DNA of 63,814 bases, counting the filler, from Sphacelaria rigidula (Eukaryota), in assembly GCA_964200075.2 (NCBI GenBank). It is 10 parts of 10 records of this genome, joined end to end, with 100 filler letters (N's around TTAATTAATTAA, not from the genome) between each part and the next. Parts side by side here need not be neighbours in the genome. Positions count along the whole stretch, not along the records: positions 1 to 6,292 come from CAXNAA020020967.1; positions 6,393 to 12,684 come from CAXNAA020020968.1; positions 12,785 to 19,076 come from CAXNAA020020969.1; 7 more parts are not named here. One strand, 5' to 3'. Position 1 is the first letter of the stretch; the number at the start of each line of letters is the position of its first letter. Of the stretch, positions 1-12,875 are shown in pieces. A program made the position numbers and the translations under genes. The notes under the pieces are model-generated. The model was not told the DNA's origin. It did no database searches and saw only the letters and a list, made by a program, of their open reading frames with translations.

Positions 1-65
1 CGTTTCTGGCCATTTTTCGTACCTTTCTTGGGCAAAGAACGAGAAGGTATACCTTTTCTAGTCCA

Positions 66-492
66 TTGCTCTTTTTGTTTTCCACCGCACAATTTCGATC
101 GAAAACTAATGTGCTAAGGCCAACTCTTATGGGAGCGTTTAGAATTTTGTTTTGCAATAATTTTGAACGACTTTTTTTTTCTTTGCCGTAGTTGTGTATT
201 TTGTGCTCGTACACCATGATGACAAAGAAAGAAAAAAAACTCCTCTGAAATTGTTGCAAAATAAAATTCCAAACGCTCCCACAAGAGTTGGCCTAAGACA
301 GGGCCTTAGCACGTCATTTTTCGATCGAAAAAGTGCAGTGGAAAACAAAATTCCCGACCTGATAGGTCGCGATTTCAACCAATTTCAAGATTAGCGTTGA
401 TGGTTGAAATTACGACCTATCAGATCGGGATTTTTGTTTTCCACCGCACAATTTCGATCGAACACTAATATGCTGACTCTAATTGGAGCCGT
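66..492. repeat. Nested direct/inverted repeat cluster of a TTCGATCGAA-motif repeat family
   Basis: ttttgttttccaccgcacaatttcgatcgaa occurs at about 72-103 and 432-462. Reverse-complement counterparts lie at about 271-385. Related sequence occurs at about 11290-11490, 11914-12042 and 19177-19420. Confidence 0.65.
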
Positions 493-1131
493 ACAAAATT
501 CCTGTCGAAAACTGCCTTTTGGGCCCTTCTCCGTCGATTTACGCCCGAAAAGAGGGCTAGGCGGATAATGACTTGATCTACTCGTTGAGACCGTTCCAGG
601 GCAACTTTGCATTCCCCGCTGGCCGCTGTGACGAAAATACGCCGTTACGTTGAGTGGGTAGTGGTGATCTGGATAACGACCGGGGACACTAGGTTGATAC
701 CCTGGCGTGTCTAGGTGGGTGCCTTGGAAGTTCAGTGTGATACCGTAGATGCAACTAACTATTGGATGGGTACTGCGAAAGGGATCCACTGATGAGTGTA
801 CTTGGGGTGTTGACCGTGAACCAGCTTGTAGTGCATGTGGTCACAGGGTGGCATCTTTCGCACCAGTTCTGATTGTGGGTGGTCTGATCATAGAACATAA
901 CAATTATGAGATCCTCAGTACAAAGGAATCTTGGCGTCAGTGAAGCCATGGGTGCTTTATATGCGACGCGTGTATCCCCTGTAATTCCGGCAGCACTAAT
1001 GTAACCTCCTCCCTTTTCTCCCTACTTTTACACTCCTCTGTTTTCACCCTCGAGACAAGATCACCGTCTGGTTCGCTTCATCCCCGCTCTTTCCTTATCG
1101 CCCTTATCGCACGTTGAACCGGTTGCCGCAG

Positions 1132-2005
1132 GTATCACGGCTGAAGAATTTGACGATTGATATTGGACAGGAGGTGAGCGACATGGTGTTTGTGTTCAAA
1201 TTGGGCCAACCATGTGTGCGTGATGCCCAGCAGAATATTGAATGGCTAGATTCCCCATGTGGTCAACTTTTTTCCTGGCACAGCTTTAATTCCCGCTTAG
1301 TATACGTTTCCAGTTTATAGCAGTAGCAGTGACATTCATTGTGGTAGCCAGATACTGTCGGTCCGAGATTTTCATAATTGGTGCGAATTACTCTGCATTC
1401 TATTCTTTTTCGTGGATTTTCAGCTGAAGGCATTGCTCTGTGACTGATGATGTGTGGATGCAGCCTGGTCGTGGCCGTTTTGGTTCCCCCAAAGTTCAGT
1501 TGAAAAGTTGTTGCACCGACGTCTCTCATCCTGCCAAGTTAAAGAAATGTAATGGTGTCATTCGGTCACTGTCACCATCGCAAACTTATATTGGTGCTCA
1601 CCACTTGCTCTCGCGTATTCCTTGTACGTTTCAGTGGGTGTAGCTGTACTGAGGCTGTGCCCACTAATTCGTTACAACTGTGTAGTACACACAACGATAT
1701 GATGTTTGAGTACATCGCTATATCGTTTGCAGCTGGCCGCCGTGTGCGATTGTAGTACTTCATGGAACATCGCTGACTGTCCTCATCGCCGTGTCGTATT
1801 CCAGGTGCGAAGTCAGAACGAATTGATAGACGGGATGGAAGGGCAAATGTTTGATGCTGGAGGTCTCCTGGGGGGTACACTTCGACGGATTAACACGATG
1901 ATGGCGAAGGGTGGCAGTCGACACATGTGTTACTTGGTTGCCTTTATTGTGTTCGTTTTCATTGTTATATGGTATATTTTGAAGCACAGTACGAGCAGGC
2001 GGTAG
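1132..2005 (+). CDS. BET1: BET1/SFT1-like Qc-SNARE, 3' part (exons 1132-1173 and 1805-2005)
   Basis: Exon 1132-1173 (cag|...gag|gtgag) encodes VSRLKNLTIDIGQE. It splices in phase to exon 1805-2005 (ccag|gtg), VRSQNELIDGMEGQMFDAGGLLGGTLRRINTMMAKGGSRHMCYLVAFIVFVFIVIWYILKHSTSRR*. This is a SNARE coiled coil with the zero-layer Q (SQN) and a C-terminal transmembrane anchor. 5' exons not identified. Confidence 0.85.
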
Positions 2006-2977
2006 CCCCTGTACAACAACAGGTACTTGTCAATCTTTTTCAATCTGGTGTCGTTTCGTAGTTGCTGGCGTGCTCCTAGATAAGAATCGCCTGGTGATAC
2101 TGGCGGTTTGTCGTAGTCTGGGTCTGGATAAAAGGGATGAAGGTAATGATGGAGTAGGGAAAAGCTACACTGCTGGAAAATGGTTGCTTTCATCCACCCT
2201 TCGTTGCCGCCACCTGTAAAAGTTGCGCGCACTTTACCCAGGAAGCACTGGGCATTCATTGCACACATGCACTGTGGCTTTTTGTCTCGATGTACTGAAA
2301 TCAATGAACCACTTCCTGCCGACGTGCGAAGGACAACTTCGGTTGTTAGTGGCGGGTACTGATATTGCCGTGGGATGGCTGTACTTTTGTCATGGCGTCG
2401 TCATGTACCCGCTACTTGTTTTAGAGGACTGCGGTGGCGCTTGATCCAAACATATACGGGGAGAATCATCACGACCGCTGCAGAGGACCGAGCCACCGTG
2501 TGTCGCGTTGTAGCCATACCACCCTCTCTACGTGTATGTTGTCAATCAATTAACGACGATGAAAAATGGATCGTGGTGTTTAGTTGCTGCCTCGGCCCAC
2601 TTCACACCGAAACCTGGCGTCGACCACCGCGACTCGACAGTGACATTCGGAGCATAGCAGGTGAAATGGGTTCTGGATGTGCTGTATTGTTGTTGCTGCC
2701 CTTGAAACTCCAGCCAGCCACCACTCCAAATCCAACGCCCTCAATTGCTGCGACTGGGCAGACGTCGTTGGCGTCCTCAAGACGCATCCACTGCCACGTG
2801 CCCTCCCGACGGACGGATGTCATTTAAAGAGATTATTTTATTGTATTTGTGGCTACATCATAACGCAACGGAGTTGTTCGGGTCTAACCAAGGTCGCCTC
2901 GAAGGATAGCGGCAATGCCTTCCTTCCGGGGATGATAAATGTAGCGTGCACTTTGCTACACCTCACAGAAAGACAAC

Positions 2978-3290
2978 TAATATTTTATTTTATTAGTATT
3001 TGTCGCACTTTGAACCCATCCCCTTCCTCGGGGCGAGTCTGTGGTCTCAAGGGATCAACCCATCTCTCCCCGGTACACGCCTTACATTTTGATCTCGCGG
3101 ATTGGGTCAGCACTCCCCCACCTCGTCAACTCTCGTCAAATAAATTCCGTCAACTACTTTGTTTACTCACGTTGTCATGCTTTCCACGGTGGAAATCAAA
3201 AAGTACGAAGAAAAGGCCCGACGCATCGGGAATCTAACCCTCGCTCTCTCCACCGTGATGCCGACAGTCCGACCACTACACCACCGGGGC
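2978..3290 (-). mobile_element. tRNA-derived SINE, full-length-like copy
   Basis: The minus strand reads GCCCCGGTGGTGTAGTGGT (A-box) ... GGTTAGATTCCC (B-box), then a body homologous to 26311-26650. It ends GGGTTCAAAGTGCGACA plus an A/T-rich tail. Confidence 0.75.
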
Positions 3291-3641
3291 GCGGCAAATC
3301 ATGCCTTCAGAGTATTGGACGCACGCACTCACCCTGTCATGCATGCACAGGAGCTGGCTCTTCTCTCGACCAGCAAGGATTAGGACTTGGAAACTTTGTC
3401 TTGCTGCACGACTCACTTAGCATGTATTTTTGGGTGGTGGTCAGCAAAAGGGATGCCTTTCGATTTTTGACCCTTTTTATATGTCGGGTACGGTGGTCGG
3501 TCAGCGATGTATTTCCGCACTGTGCAAGATCATCAACCCTTCACCTAACGCAGTGCAAGTAAGCGTGTGTGGAGAAACAGGCAGCATACAAGCTGGGCCG
3601 GCCTGGACGCAAATTTGTAGTGCGCAGACCTCGTCTATTTA

Positions 3642-3892
3642 GGCTCAATTTTGAGAGCTGGACTTTCAAATTTGGTACGGAGAATGAACAGGGCAAAACG
3701 GAAAACAAATCGGGACGGACATTTTTTTTTCATGTATTTATGGCAATAACCACTGCCCAGTTTTCAGGGAAAATGGCGTGAACTCACGAATATATATACA
3801 TGTACATATTTCTGTACTGAAATTATTCTATCACGGCCTGTTCATTTCTCCGTCCGTCCCAAATTTGAAAGGTCAACTCTCAAAATTGAGCC
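3642..3892. mobile_element. MITE with about 50-bp imperfect TIRs (GGCTCAATTTTGAGAG...)
   Basis: Left end ggctcaattttgagagctggactttcaaatttgg matches the reverse complement of the right end ccaaatttgaaaggtcaactctcaaaattgagcc. TA flanks both sides. Confidence 0.7.
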
Positions 3893-6292
3893 TAGATGGG
3901 CCGTTATAGAAACCGGGCCTAGGGAAATTCGCATCAGTATTTTACGGGCCAGTAACCGGCCCACGTTTGGTACTTATTTTTTTTAATTTCGTGTGGGACC
4001 TCGCTAGGCCATAAAGAACCAAAAATGTGGGACGATTTCTTTCTTCACTTTCGTAGGGCGTTTTGATTTAGTAACGATCATATTTTTACGAGAACGTTCA
4101 TACCTGTTCCCACAAATGAAGAATGAGAGCCCATTTTTTTTTCTTCGGCATGCCTTTGTGATTCTCTGTGCTAAGTTTCAAATCGCGATTCTGAATAGAA
4201 GCAGAAAAACTGAGGTAAGGCCGGACGTTATAGCAAAGAGGTTTTTGGCGCACGTAGGGGGATTTGGAGAACATCGCTCGGAATGAAACATGTAGAATAG
4301 TATTCAGGGGTTTCGTAGTACATCTTTCACTATTCAAAGTCGAAATTTCCTTGCTTGAACGACTTATACCCGTTACAATGGACGACTGCTTTCCAAGAAA
4401 ATCATCCACTATTTCAGGACTTACCCTGGGAGCTAGTCCTAACCCCCACAGTTATCAAAAATCATATCTGAGGGAGAGGGTGCCAGCACTTTCCGTCGCT
4501 AATTCAGACCCCCTTTGAGACCGAGAGGAGATATATTGAAACTATAGCTGATGCAGGTTCTGAATTAAAAAAAGCGGCTCGGGTGTTGCAAGCGTGCTGC
4601 ACTACAGTGTGCTTCGACAGTCCCACCCCAAAACGAGTTCCCAACACAGCCACGGCGGAAGTGGCCCCACACAAGGCGTGATAGCTGGTTCAGACTGGAT
4701 GAAGCGCCCCTCATGGGTGCTACTTGCGAAACAATCCCAAGTATGGGACTAACCCTAACCCCCGTTGTGTGTTCGTGTGCAGCTTTTTTGTGGGGCATCC
4801 ATTTCATCCAACTGACGACTGTACAGTAGTGATGCTGTACTCTTATGAGAGTGTTTCTCAGCATACTTCTGAATGGTGCTGCGTTTCAAAGATCGCTGGC
4901 GTCTGTCGCCGTATTGGATCGTTTCGCTGACGGTGGTCGTTGCCGGCGCAACAGTATAAAGTCTCTCTCAGATACTCAACAAGAGGCGCGCAAAAACTCG
5001 ATGACTAGTCTAAAGGAGTATGTTTTCAGCATGTTGTGTTACGTGTTCCGTAGCGCTTAGAGGCAGGTCCTCCTGTTAAAAAAACGCCGCACCCTGACAG
5101 TGTTTTTTCTTTGAACTGCTCATCATGCTTGGGTTGCCATATAAAAGCTTCTGGGACAACTGCCAAAGCTGAAGCTGCTTGCGTACCCCGAGCCTATTGG
5201 ACAAAATGAATGAAATTTCGATGACCGCTTCAACCTCTCCCAAAAAATGTTGAACCTCGAAATCGGATCCAGGCTGTTGAATCTTGTTACCTGAGGGAAA
5301 GTGGCCGCTTTGGGTCCGGCAAAACGTTCGAAGATACCGTCGAACAGCACTACTACCAAACTTTGCTGGTATTGGCATACGCCACTCAGTACGGAATCGA
5401 ACAGATATCGACAGTTCGACATTCTTTTTAGCAAGCAACGGGCATAAAACGATTTGCAGGTGAAGAAAAGGGGATTTTCATACTACAGGAGAAACTCTCT
5501 GTTCCCCCGTGGGTGTTAAATGCACTCGCAAAAACTCTGTCGTCGTTCCTTCATACCTGGCGGGGGGACGGGGAAGCCACAGTTCCTCAGGTAACAAGAT
5601 TAATTTCAATCTTGTGGACGTAGTTTAGAAAATCGAACTGTTTTGTTTCTATAGCTGTTGCAAAATTTGGTACATGACATGTTGTTACGGTGGGTGACCT
5701 CTCTGCAGACGGGAGTCGGTAGAGTAGAGCAACGAAAGCTCCAGATGATTGCAGCATTGACGCACCCCTCTGCACCACGCTAGCAGCAGTGAAGTCACCA
5801 CCATAATAGGTGTCTTTTTTCACTCCGCATGTCACGAAGGGTGTGCTTCAGGAACGTACGTGCGCGAGGCGGCGGAGCTCGCGGTCTATAGTGAACCAAC
5901 TGTGTAATCATTTACTACTGTAGGCCACGGATGGACTTGATCGGTGTCCATACTCCATGTGGAACTGCTGTACTACCTGGGCTAGTCAACGGCCGTTTTC
6001 ATGTTTGACTTCACACGTTTTCCCGGACTTGACCGGGCTCCGAGAAAAATGAGCGGTCTCCGAGAAAAAGGCAACTTTCGCCGAGAAAAAGAAAAAAAAC
6101 CGACTGCGGCCACAGGTAAAACGCGCAGGTGTGCTGGAACCGTCTAAACGAGTCCAGCAAGGTATTCCAAGGTGCCAAAATCCGCCTACGATAGCTCTTT
6201 TTAGGGCGGAAAATAACGCAGAAGCTCTAAAAACAGCCGATCATCTATTATGTTGAGGATGGTGCTTTTCATTGAGGATGAGAACCCGGAGG

Positions 6293-6392
6293 NNNNNNNN
6301 NNNNNNNNNNNNNNNNNNNNNNNNNNNNNNNNNNNNTTAATTAATTAANNNNNNNNNNNNNNNNNNNNNNNNNNNNNNNNNNNNNNNNNNNN
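6293..6392. other. Artificial contig linker (N44-TTAATTAATTAA-N44)
   Basis: The same 100-bp linker recurs at 12685-12784, 19077-19176, 25469-25568, 31860-31959, 38251-38350, 44642-44741, 51033-51132 and 57424-57523. Intervening contigs are 6292 or 6291 bp. Confidence 0.97.
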
Positions 6393-6771
6393 AGGATTAA
6401 AATATCTCCGGATGCGCATTTTTTTTCTTTGAATAGTCACCGTGATGAGCGGTGGCAAGCAAAACAAATTTGCAGTCTTTGAGAAACTAAGAAATTACGG
6501 ATTCTGAATACTTCTGACGCTGACTACTGTAGCAAGAACGCGGTCGAAGATGGGGGTTCATGAGCGAAAACACAAATTATCGCAAAATTTATAAGTTTCC
6601 TGGGATATGCTGCAGATCTGCGGTGACACCAAACCCATCACACCCGACGCCAAAACACCATGGGCATGAGGGGCATGTTTGAGCTCTCCCACCCGTTATT
6701 TTCGCGATCGTGAATTGGATGGGCACCAACATTGGACGGCATATCGAGAGCTCGTGCTTGTATGTATCATA

Positions 6772-7191
6772 CCGTCCAACGCACGACCGAGTAGTGCTGA
6801 GTGTTGGTATTCTACCTCTGCCACTGCTGACATTTCTTAAGCTGCACCATCCCGAATTTCAAGTTCTTCTGGAACCACCAGAGCAGCTGTCTCCATCCTC
6901 TACAGCGACCTGTCAGCCATTATTATTCGATATCCGATATCTCCAACACAATCCGATATCTGACTGTTGCGTACGAGACGCTTCATGCTCAATCGGCGAA
7001 CCTCACATCCCGCTACGATCTGATACTCTGGTGCGATTGCTTACCGTGGTCCTGTTTGGTGCTAAGAAGTCAGTGACGAGATCCTTTCCAGTTTGCAGGG
7101 GAGTTTCCAAAGCCGCTGCGGTATCTGCATCTAGTTCTTCGGCGGATTTCATGAAACCCGCAATGAGGGACCCGAACACGCCATCGCCCGA
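6772..7191 (-). pseudogene. Degenerate exons of an unknown gene or transposon gene
   Basis: Clean exon 7191-7045 (cag|tcg...acg|gtaagc) encodes SGDGVFGSLIAGFMKSAEELDADTAAALETPLQTGKDLVTDFLAPNRTT. The next exon-like block (about 6909-6772, ending in gtatga) reads coding-like only with a frameshift and a stop. Confidence 0.4.
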
Positions 7192-7849
7192 CTGGGTGAG
7201 GACACGCCATCACGTGACGTCGCGTCAAACACACGCGAAACGTGTCGAGATGGGCGCCCACGGAAAACGGACAGGGAGCATTCGGGCAGGAGGGAGTCGA
7301 AGAAACAATATGGGAAAATGACAGACTAAAGACCCGCCGGTTGACGTCCAACTATGAGTAGCAACCTGGGAGCTAGATGCTGTTAACCGATACTTTCGCG
7401 TGTTGCAGAGGCATTTTTGTAATGTGCGCGTCTATTTGCAACGAGGATTGCGTGCGTACAACACACACAGCAGTGTTCATCTATTTCATGAACGGGGAAG
7501 GGAGTACTGTATTATTATCTATATCGATAATGCGCAACCTGCAGGAAGCGAGGACCGAGTCCAGCTGCTGTTGGCAGGGGGTGTTATACAACGTCACTGG
7601 ACGACTACCACACCCGTTACCCATCACCTCAGTGTTTTCCCCTGTCGAACACTAAATCATTCCTCGGGACAGGTCCGTAGTCTCAAGGAGTCGACCTATC
7701 TCCCCCCTGGCAACCGCCTTGTAATATTGTGTCGAGCATGACATTGGCACCCCCTGAGCCCATCGACATTCATCTAATGTTCCCTCAAGCCACGCTTCTC
7801 ACGCCCCTCAAGACCGAAGCTCCTCATAAGACTCTGTCCAAACTGGCCG

Positions 7850-8340
7850 AGGATATAGGCGCTTGACCGCCAAGGCCCACTGAAGGTGGTCAAACACAAC
7901 TATGCTGGGCTTCTCCTTTTAAAGATGTACCCTGCGCATGTGTTCCGTCGACCAACTCAACGCCAAAATGTAGGCGAAAGCACATTCTACGTTATCTTAC
8001 TGCACGCAAAGTGTCAGGGCAGGTGAGCAGGTGACGATGTTCGGCATCTGTGGATGAGTCCTTCGTACAACGTCCTGTTTTCAAGTAACTGTGACGACTG
8101 CCCGACATTTCAGGGACCGTTGCCGCAGCGAGCCAGACAGGCTGGAATTGCAAATTGATATGATGTACCTTATACGACAGTATACGACCACGTTGCTCAA
8201 ACGGGGGGACCAAAGCCCATATTCCTAGAGATACTGAAGCCGATCCTCCTACAACGAGGCTATTTTACAGAGACACGGAGAGGAGGTGGCGCGGCGATGG
8301 GGTAGACACGTTGGGGCTTCACGTAACGAAAGGGGTCAAA
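7850..8340 (+). mobile_element. Possible highly decayed LINE (RTE-like) 3' remnant
   Basis: Weak resemblance of gggaccgttgccgcagcgagcc...gctgg...ggggg...gagaggaggtggcgcgg to the C-terminal coding region of RTE-type LINEs. No intact ORF. Confidence 0.2.
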
Positions 8341-8539
8341 GGAAATGATGTGTGCATGCCATGAGTGCAGCACGACATAATGTACTAGTGTAAAGACTGC
8401 AGAGCAAAACAGAACAGTCCAGCACGGCAGTACAGTGCATCCATCACATTCAATCGTACAACAGTAGCAGTATCCGACTACATCCTAGCTGACCGAACCA
8501 CATCAGCAAGTCCAACGCTAATTGCGCTCGGCGATCATC

Positions 8540-10100
8540 ATGTATGTCATCTCCAATACCCACCATGATTGCAGTTCCTGCTCGTCAACTCTCACAATGC
8601 TCGGGCGCAATGAGGACCTGCTCTACACAATCTGGCCACTGCGAATGAAAATGAGGCGTTTTGGCGGGACTGTCACGAGGTAAATAGGACGCACATACAC
8701 GTCAGCAGCAATCCCCCCGTGAGCACGGCGGTGCCGGCTAACGACACAAAAACAAGAGCTGTACGTGGATGCGCGAGAAATTGGCGGATACCATGAGAAT
8801 TTACTTCTTGCTTCCAATAACTCTGCAAGGAGTTCAGGCATTTTGTGTCCCTGGATTGATTAGCAATGCGGATTCGAGAAACATGTGCCAAAGGAGCGAA
8901 GTGAATCGTCCAGCTCAGCGGTAAGCTGGTTGATGGATTGTCGAGGGGCATGTCAGCAACGTTGAGGTGCACAAAATCTGTGCGATGCGGTGACTGTCCG
9001 ATACGCACGAGATGCTAAGTCCTGTTTTCCTCGCAGTACTGGTCGCGTGATGCAGCGTTCTCGTGTCTCGTGGCCACTATAGCGCGCCATGAGGTACATG
9101 TTGACGTTAGCTGAAATGTCATCGTTTGAAAAGTTTCTCTGTCGTGCGATGCCGGGGGAGAACAACAAAACTTCCGAGAGTATGTCAGGACAACAGGGTC
9201 TGTAGTGCTCAGCCTAAGTGAAGATGTCTTCCACTTTATTCCACCAACAAAATACATCTGATACATTATGTCGGCCCTGGTGAAATTCCTACCGCACCAA
9301 CCAACACGTCACACACAAGCACGGTGCAGTTTTTTGTGACAACCTGGGGAAGACGAACTCCTGAAAACACGTCCTTTACCCTTCTGGAACTCACAATGGA
9401 AAATTGATCATTTGCAATTGACGGTTTTTGAGCAAGATATGGTTGATGGTTCATAGCTTAGACGCAACAATTTTGGCCAAACGCGTATTTTTCAGACCCG
9501 TACGAGTGACAAGTGGAACGAGAAAAGGTTTCCTATTTTCTTGCTGCGATCCGTCGCCTTTTTTCCCCTACACTCATGAGGTCCTTGCTCGGCCACAGTG
9601 CGCGGCAGGCCTCTGTGAAGCATGCTTCCGGCCTGACCTGTACGCCCTGCCCGCTGCAGTTTATACTCTTTGCAGTGCCATAGCAACAAGGGCAATGCCG
9701 ATGGCGCATTCGCTCAATGTATGAACTGGCGGTATGCAATCCCAGGCAGTCACCTTTCCGTGCCGCCGGGGGTGCTGCGACACTGCCCTTTACAGTACTG
9801 GGTGTGTTTACCGCAGTTTGGGGTAATCTCGACTGCAGACTCACGTCATGCACAACATCGCGCTCATGTACGTTCCGACAGCACCATCCCGTCCTTTGAA
9901 AAATGGGTAAAGGCGACGCAGACGCCATGTGCCCTGCAGTTATGCACAGTCACTGTGGTGTAGAGTCTGCCAAGTGCCGTCGCCCCAGGGGTGATACCTT
10001 ACTGCTTCGTGTCATGTCTCTATCGTATTTTGAAAATATCTCTGTAAAACGCGGGGCATGCACAGAACTGTGCTCTGCCAAGTACGTGCCGACAACATCA
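8540..10100 (-). pseudogene. Possible decayed Cys-cluster (KDZ/CxC-type) transposase relic
   Basis: Broken minus-strand frames give YIERMRHRHCPCC...CSGQGVQVRPEACFTEACRALW, DIMYQMYFVGGIKWKT, TDFVHLNV and PSIVRVD-(frameshift)-GTAIMVG. The resemblance is by eye only, with many stops and frameshifts. Confidence 0.25.
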
Positions 10101-11913
10101 TAATTCGGGCTGACTATTACACAACGACGTAGCGAAAGGCACAGTTGCCCCACCACATCTATACCGCGGGTTGAGCGTTCCCGACCGTTGCATAGACATA
10201 CTTCATGCTGCATGAGATTCGTGACGCCGGCTACCGCTATCGTCTCGTGCCGTCTACTCTCGTGGCCGACTTTTCACGACATGCCCATATTTATCTTGCA
10301 CGGAGGGTAGCCGCAAGTCAATACTGTAACCTACTGTATTTACTGATTGTAGTGTTTTTCATCTGCCCTGATTACGGTAGGCGGTGTCCGTCGGCTCCCT
10401 CCCGTGTACATGTATATCGCCTGTTCGGACGCCTACGATTACACCCGCCATGTACCACCCGCACAACCCACTGTGCCTTCCACATGTGGTGACGGGATTT
10501 CGCTGGGTTCAGCCATACTGTGCTGTATGTACGATGTGGCTTGGCAAACTCGCCACCCGATGCTGCAGCCCGTCAAGCAGTGCTTTCCTCATGTACAAAT
10601 GCTAATAAACAAACGTGCCAGGTTGGACTCTGGAGCCCATTCCTATTCTTTTAATTGAATGTCTCATAGTGGTTTTGCTGATTATTGTAGATGGATATAA
10701 TTGGAGACACTTCATCCGTTGCGTGGTATGATTGGACAAACCTTACCCAAATTCTCCAGGGAGGGTATTCTTCTCTGGGCTTCAATTATAAAAATGGTTG
10801 CCGTCGGTCTATTCTCTTTCCATGTTCTCCTGTTCGTCAGGGCTTCTCATAATAAGGCGTTTGGCCAGGGGACAGGAGGGGAGGGTTCAAAAAGGGTTAA
10901 CGCATTCATGCTTTACAGGGGCACGGGATTAATCGACGCTGAGACAGTAGTCTGCGGTACAAGAAAGAGTAATACACGTAGCGAAACGCGAAACACCGGA
11001 AACGCTTCGACAGTTTTTCGACAGAGTTGCGGTATGCCCCAGGCACCAACACTCAGGAGACCTCCTCTTTCAAACTTTAAACTGCACTCCCTTACCTTAT
11101 CACAGTCGTCCCTGGGCTGCATTGCGGGATGAAGGTAGCCGTGGGGCTGCACTACCGCGGCACCGACTAATCTCCGAGCGACAAACCATGGAAACAAGCT
11201 CATGGACTAATTAAAGTAGTGTGCCGCTGGCGCTACTGCTCACTTGTACCGTACTATCCAAGTGCAGGTCGAGTAGAGTATACTCAATTGCGGAGGATTT
11301 TTTTAAGTCGTACTTAAAGTACGAGCTGGGCCAGTCTAACGGCCTGTCTTGGCACTTTTTCTTCGATCGAAAAAATGGGGCGGTGGAATATATCTGAGCG
11401 ATTTTTTCTCGTTTTGATGCAGTTGGGTGCAGATGGATTTTCAAGCTTTCGATCCAAAAAAGACAGGGAAATTCGTGAAACGGTACATGGCCAATCGTGT
11501 AGAGTACACACAATCTGTACTGTTTGTACTGCTTGCAAGAAGGGTGTCTTGAGTGCGCGTGTGCGTGTTCGTGCAGGAGGAAATAAAGGAGAAGCGGACA
11601 ACGTGCAGTGCAGACAGCCCAGGACTATCAGTTCTCTCTGATTATAATACGACGTGAGAAGGACATCAACAACGTGCAGCTTTGTACTGCCTGCACTGTT
11701 CATGAGCGTGCACGCCTCTCGGTTGCCTTTCGTACCACGCAGTTCCGTCCCTGATGCCGACCATGAGAGAAGATGCGCAAGTTTTCGCCAACAAAAAATA
11801 AACAAAGCGCACCCAACTACTGTAGTGTATCTATCCCTGTGCTCAACTCGTGCTCTATGCTGCAGGGTTGCGGTGGTGGCTGAGAATGAGTTGGAGGGAG
11901 TTTGCATGGTCCT

Positions 11914-12042
11914 GTGAACAGGGGTTTTATTTGGCGTGGTGGTCTGTATGATGGGAGTCAGGTGCCGCTTCGTGCCTTTCGATCGCATGTTTGGATCGAA
12001 AAAAAATGTTTCTTCACTCGTTGCATTCTTCTCCGCGCGCCG
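11914..12042 (+). repeat. Dispersed repeat, homologous to 19177-19303
   Basis: gtgaac.gg...ttatttggcgtggtggtct...cttcgtgcctttcga...gatcgaaaaaaatgtt...ttcactcgt.gcattcttctccgcgcgccg is present in two different contigs. Confidence 0.85.
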
Positions 12043-12784
12043 TGTATTAATCGTCTAACCAAGGGGAAGGTGCCCAATTGCTCAAAAATTTGGGCCCATA
12101 TCTTCTTGTTGATTAAACCCCATGTCTAGTAATTTCTATACCTAAGGGAGATAGCGTCCATACTACAATAAAATCTATATGAACCCCCCGATCGATGCAT
12201 TCAGCGGATGACGACGAATTTTGGTGTGGATATTCTCTGGAGCAAGGGGAGACTATAAATACCCTCACCTTCACCTAATTCGTAATCTATCTCGAGATAT
12301 GGCGCACATAGTTTTGTATACTAAAATCAGTATATTACGAGCAGATGCGCTAGATTAGGTAAACCTGGATATCGCCTCTCAGTTTTTGAGAGTTATACCA
12401 TGAAATTTCGTATGGAGAACAGCCAGTGCATAATAACTCTTACAAACACAGCTTTTTCAGTTTTTTCGTTTTTTCTCGTTTTTTCCGGATTTTTGGGGCG
12501 TTTTTGAGGAGAAATGAACACTGCTTTTGGGCCTTATCTCAATTTTTTAGCTCAATTTCTAGAATTGTTATTTGAAACTCAGCATGGAGGACCACAGAGG
12601 TATGCAAAAAAAAAAAAAAGGGCCCGCATTTTTTAATAGAAAGGTAAAGGGGTGGTCGCGCGGTATGAAAAATTAAAAAAATAANNNNNNNNNNNNNNNN
12701 NNNNNNNNNNNNNNNNNNNNNNNNNNNNTTAATTAATTAANNNNNNNNNNNNNNNNNNNNNNNNNNNNNNNNNNNNNNNNNNNN

Positions 12785-12875
12785 GTGGGGAGGGGGGCGT
12801 TCTCATGTGTTGCTTGCCTTAGTCGTTTGGCCATTGACTATGGCAAGCAACACATGAGAACGCCCCCCTCCCCAC
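12785..12875. repeat. Perfect 34-bp inverted repeat made of the high-copy GGGGCGT(A/T)CTCAT(T/G)TGTTGCTTGCC terminal repeat
   Basis: 12785-12818 is the exact reverse complement of 12842-12875, with a 23-nt loop. Confidence 0.9.

Noticed and set aside
3215..3290. Functional tRNA genes (also 26311-26380 and 51395-51463)
   Set aside because: There is no complete cloverleaf or acceptor stem, and each continues into a shared repeat body, so these are SINE heads.
4260..4480. Copia RNase H/PPT remnant (gaatgaaacatgtagaa; ctgagggagag)
   Set aside because: The motifs are too short and degenerate to support a call.
4748..4762. Telomere-like CTAACCCTAACCC (similar at about 25222-25250 and 55894-55905)
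   Set aside because: Only about two units and internal to repeats; not a telomere.
2030..6290. Many 60-190 aa ORFs in the ORF track here and in other intergenic/intronic regions
   Set aside because: No recognisable domains, codon bias or consistent splice structure; expected by chance at this GC content.
6337..6348. Periodic TTAATTAATTAA motif every 6.39 kb
   Set aside because: It is embedded in fixed N runs and is an artificial all-frame-stop linker, not biology.
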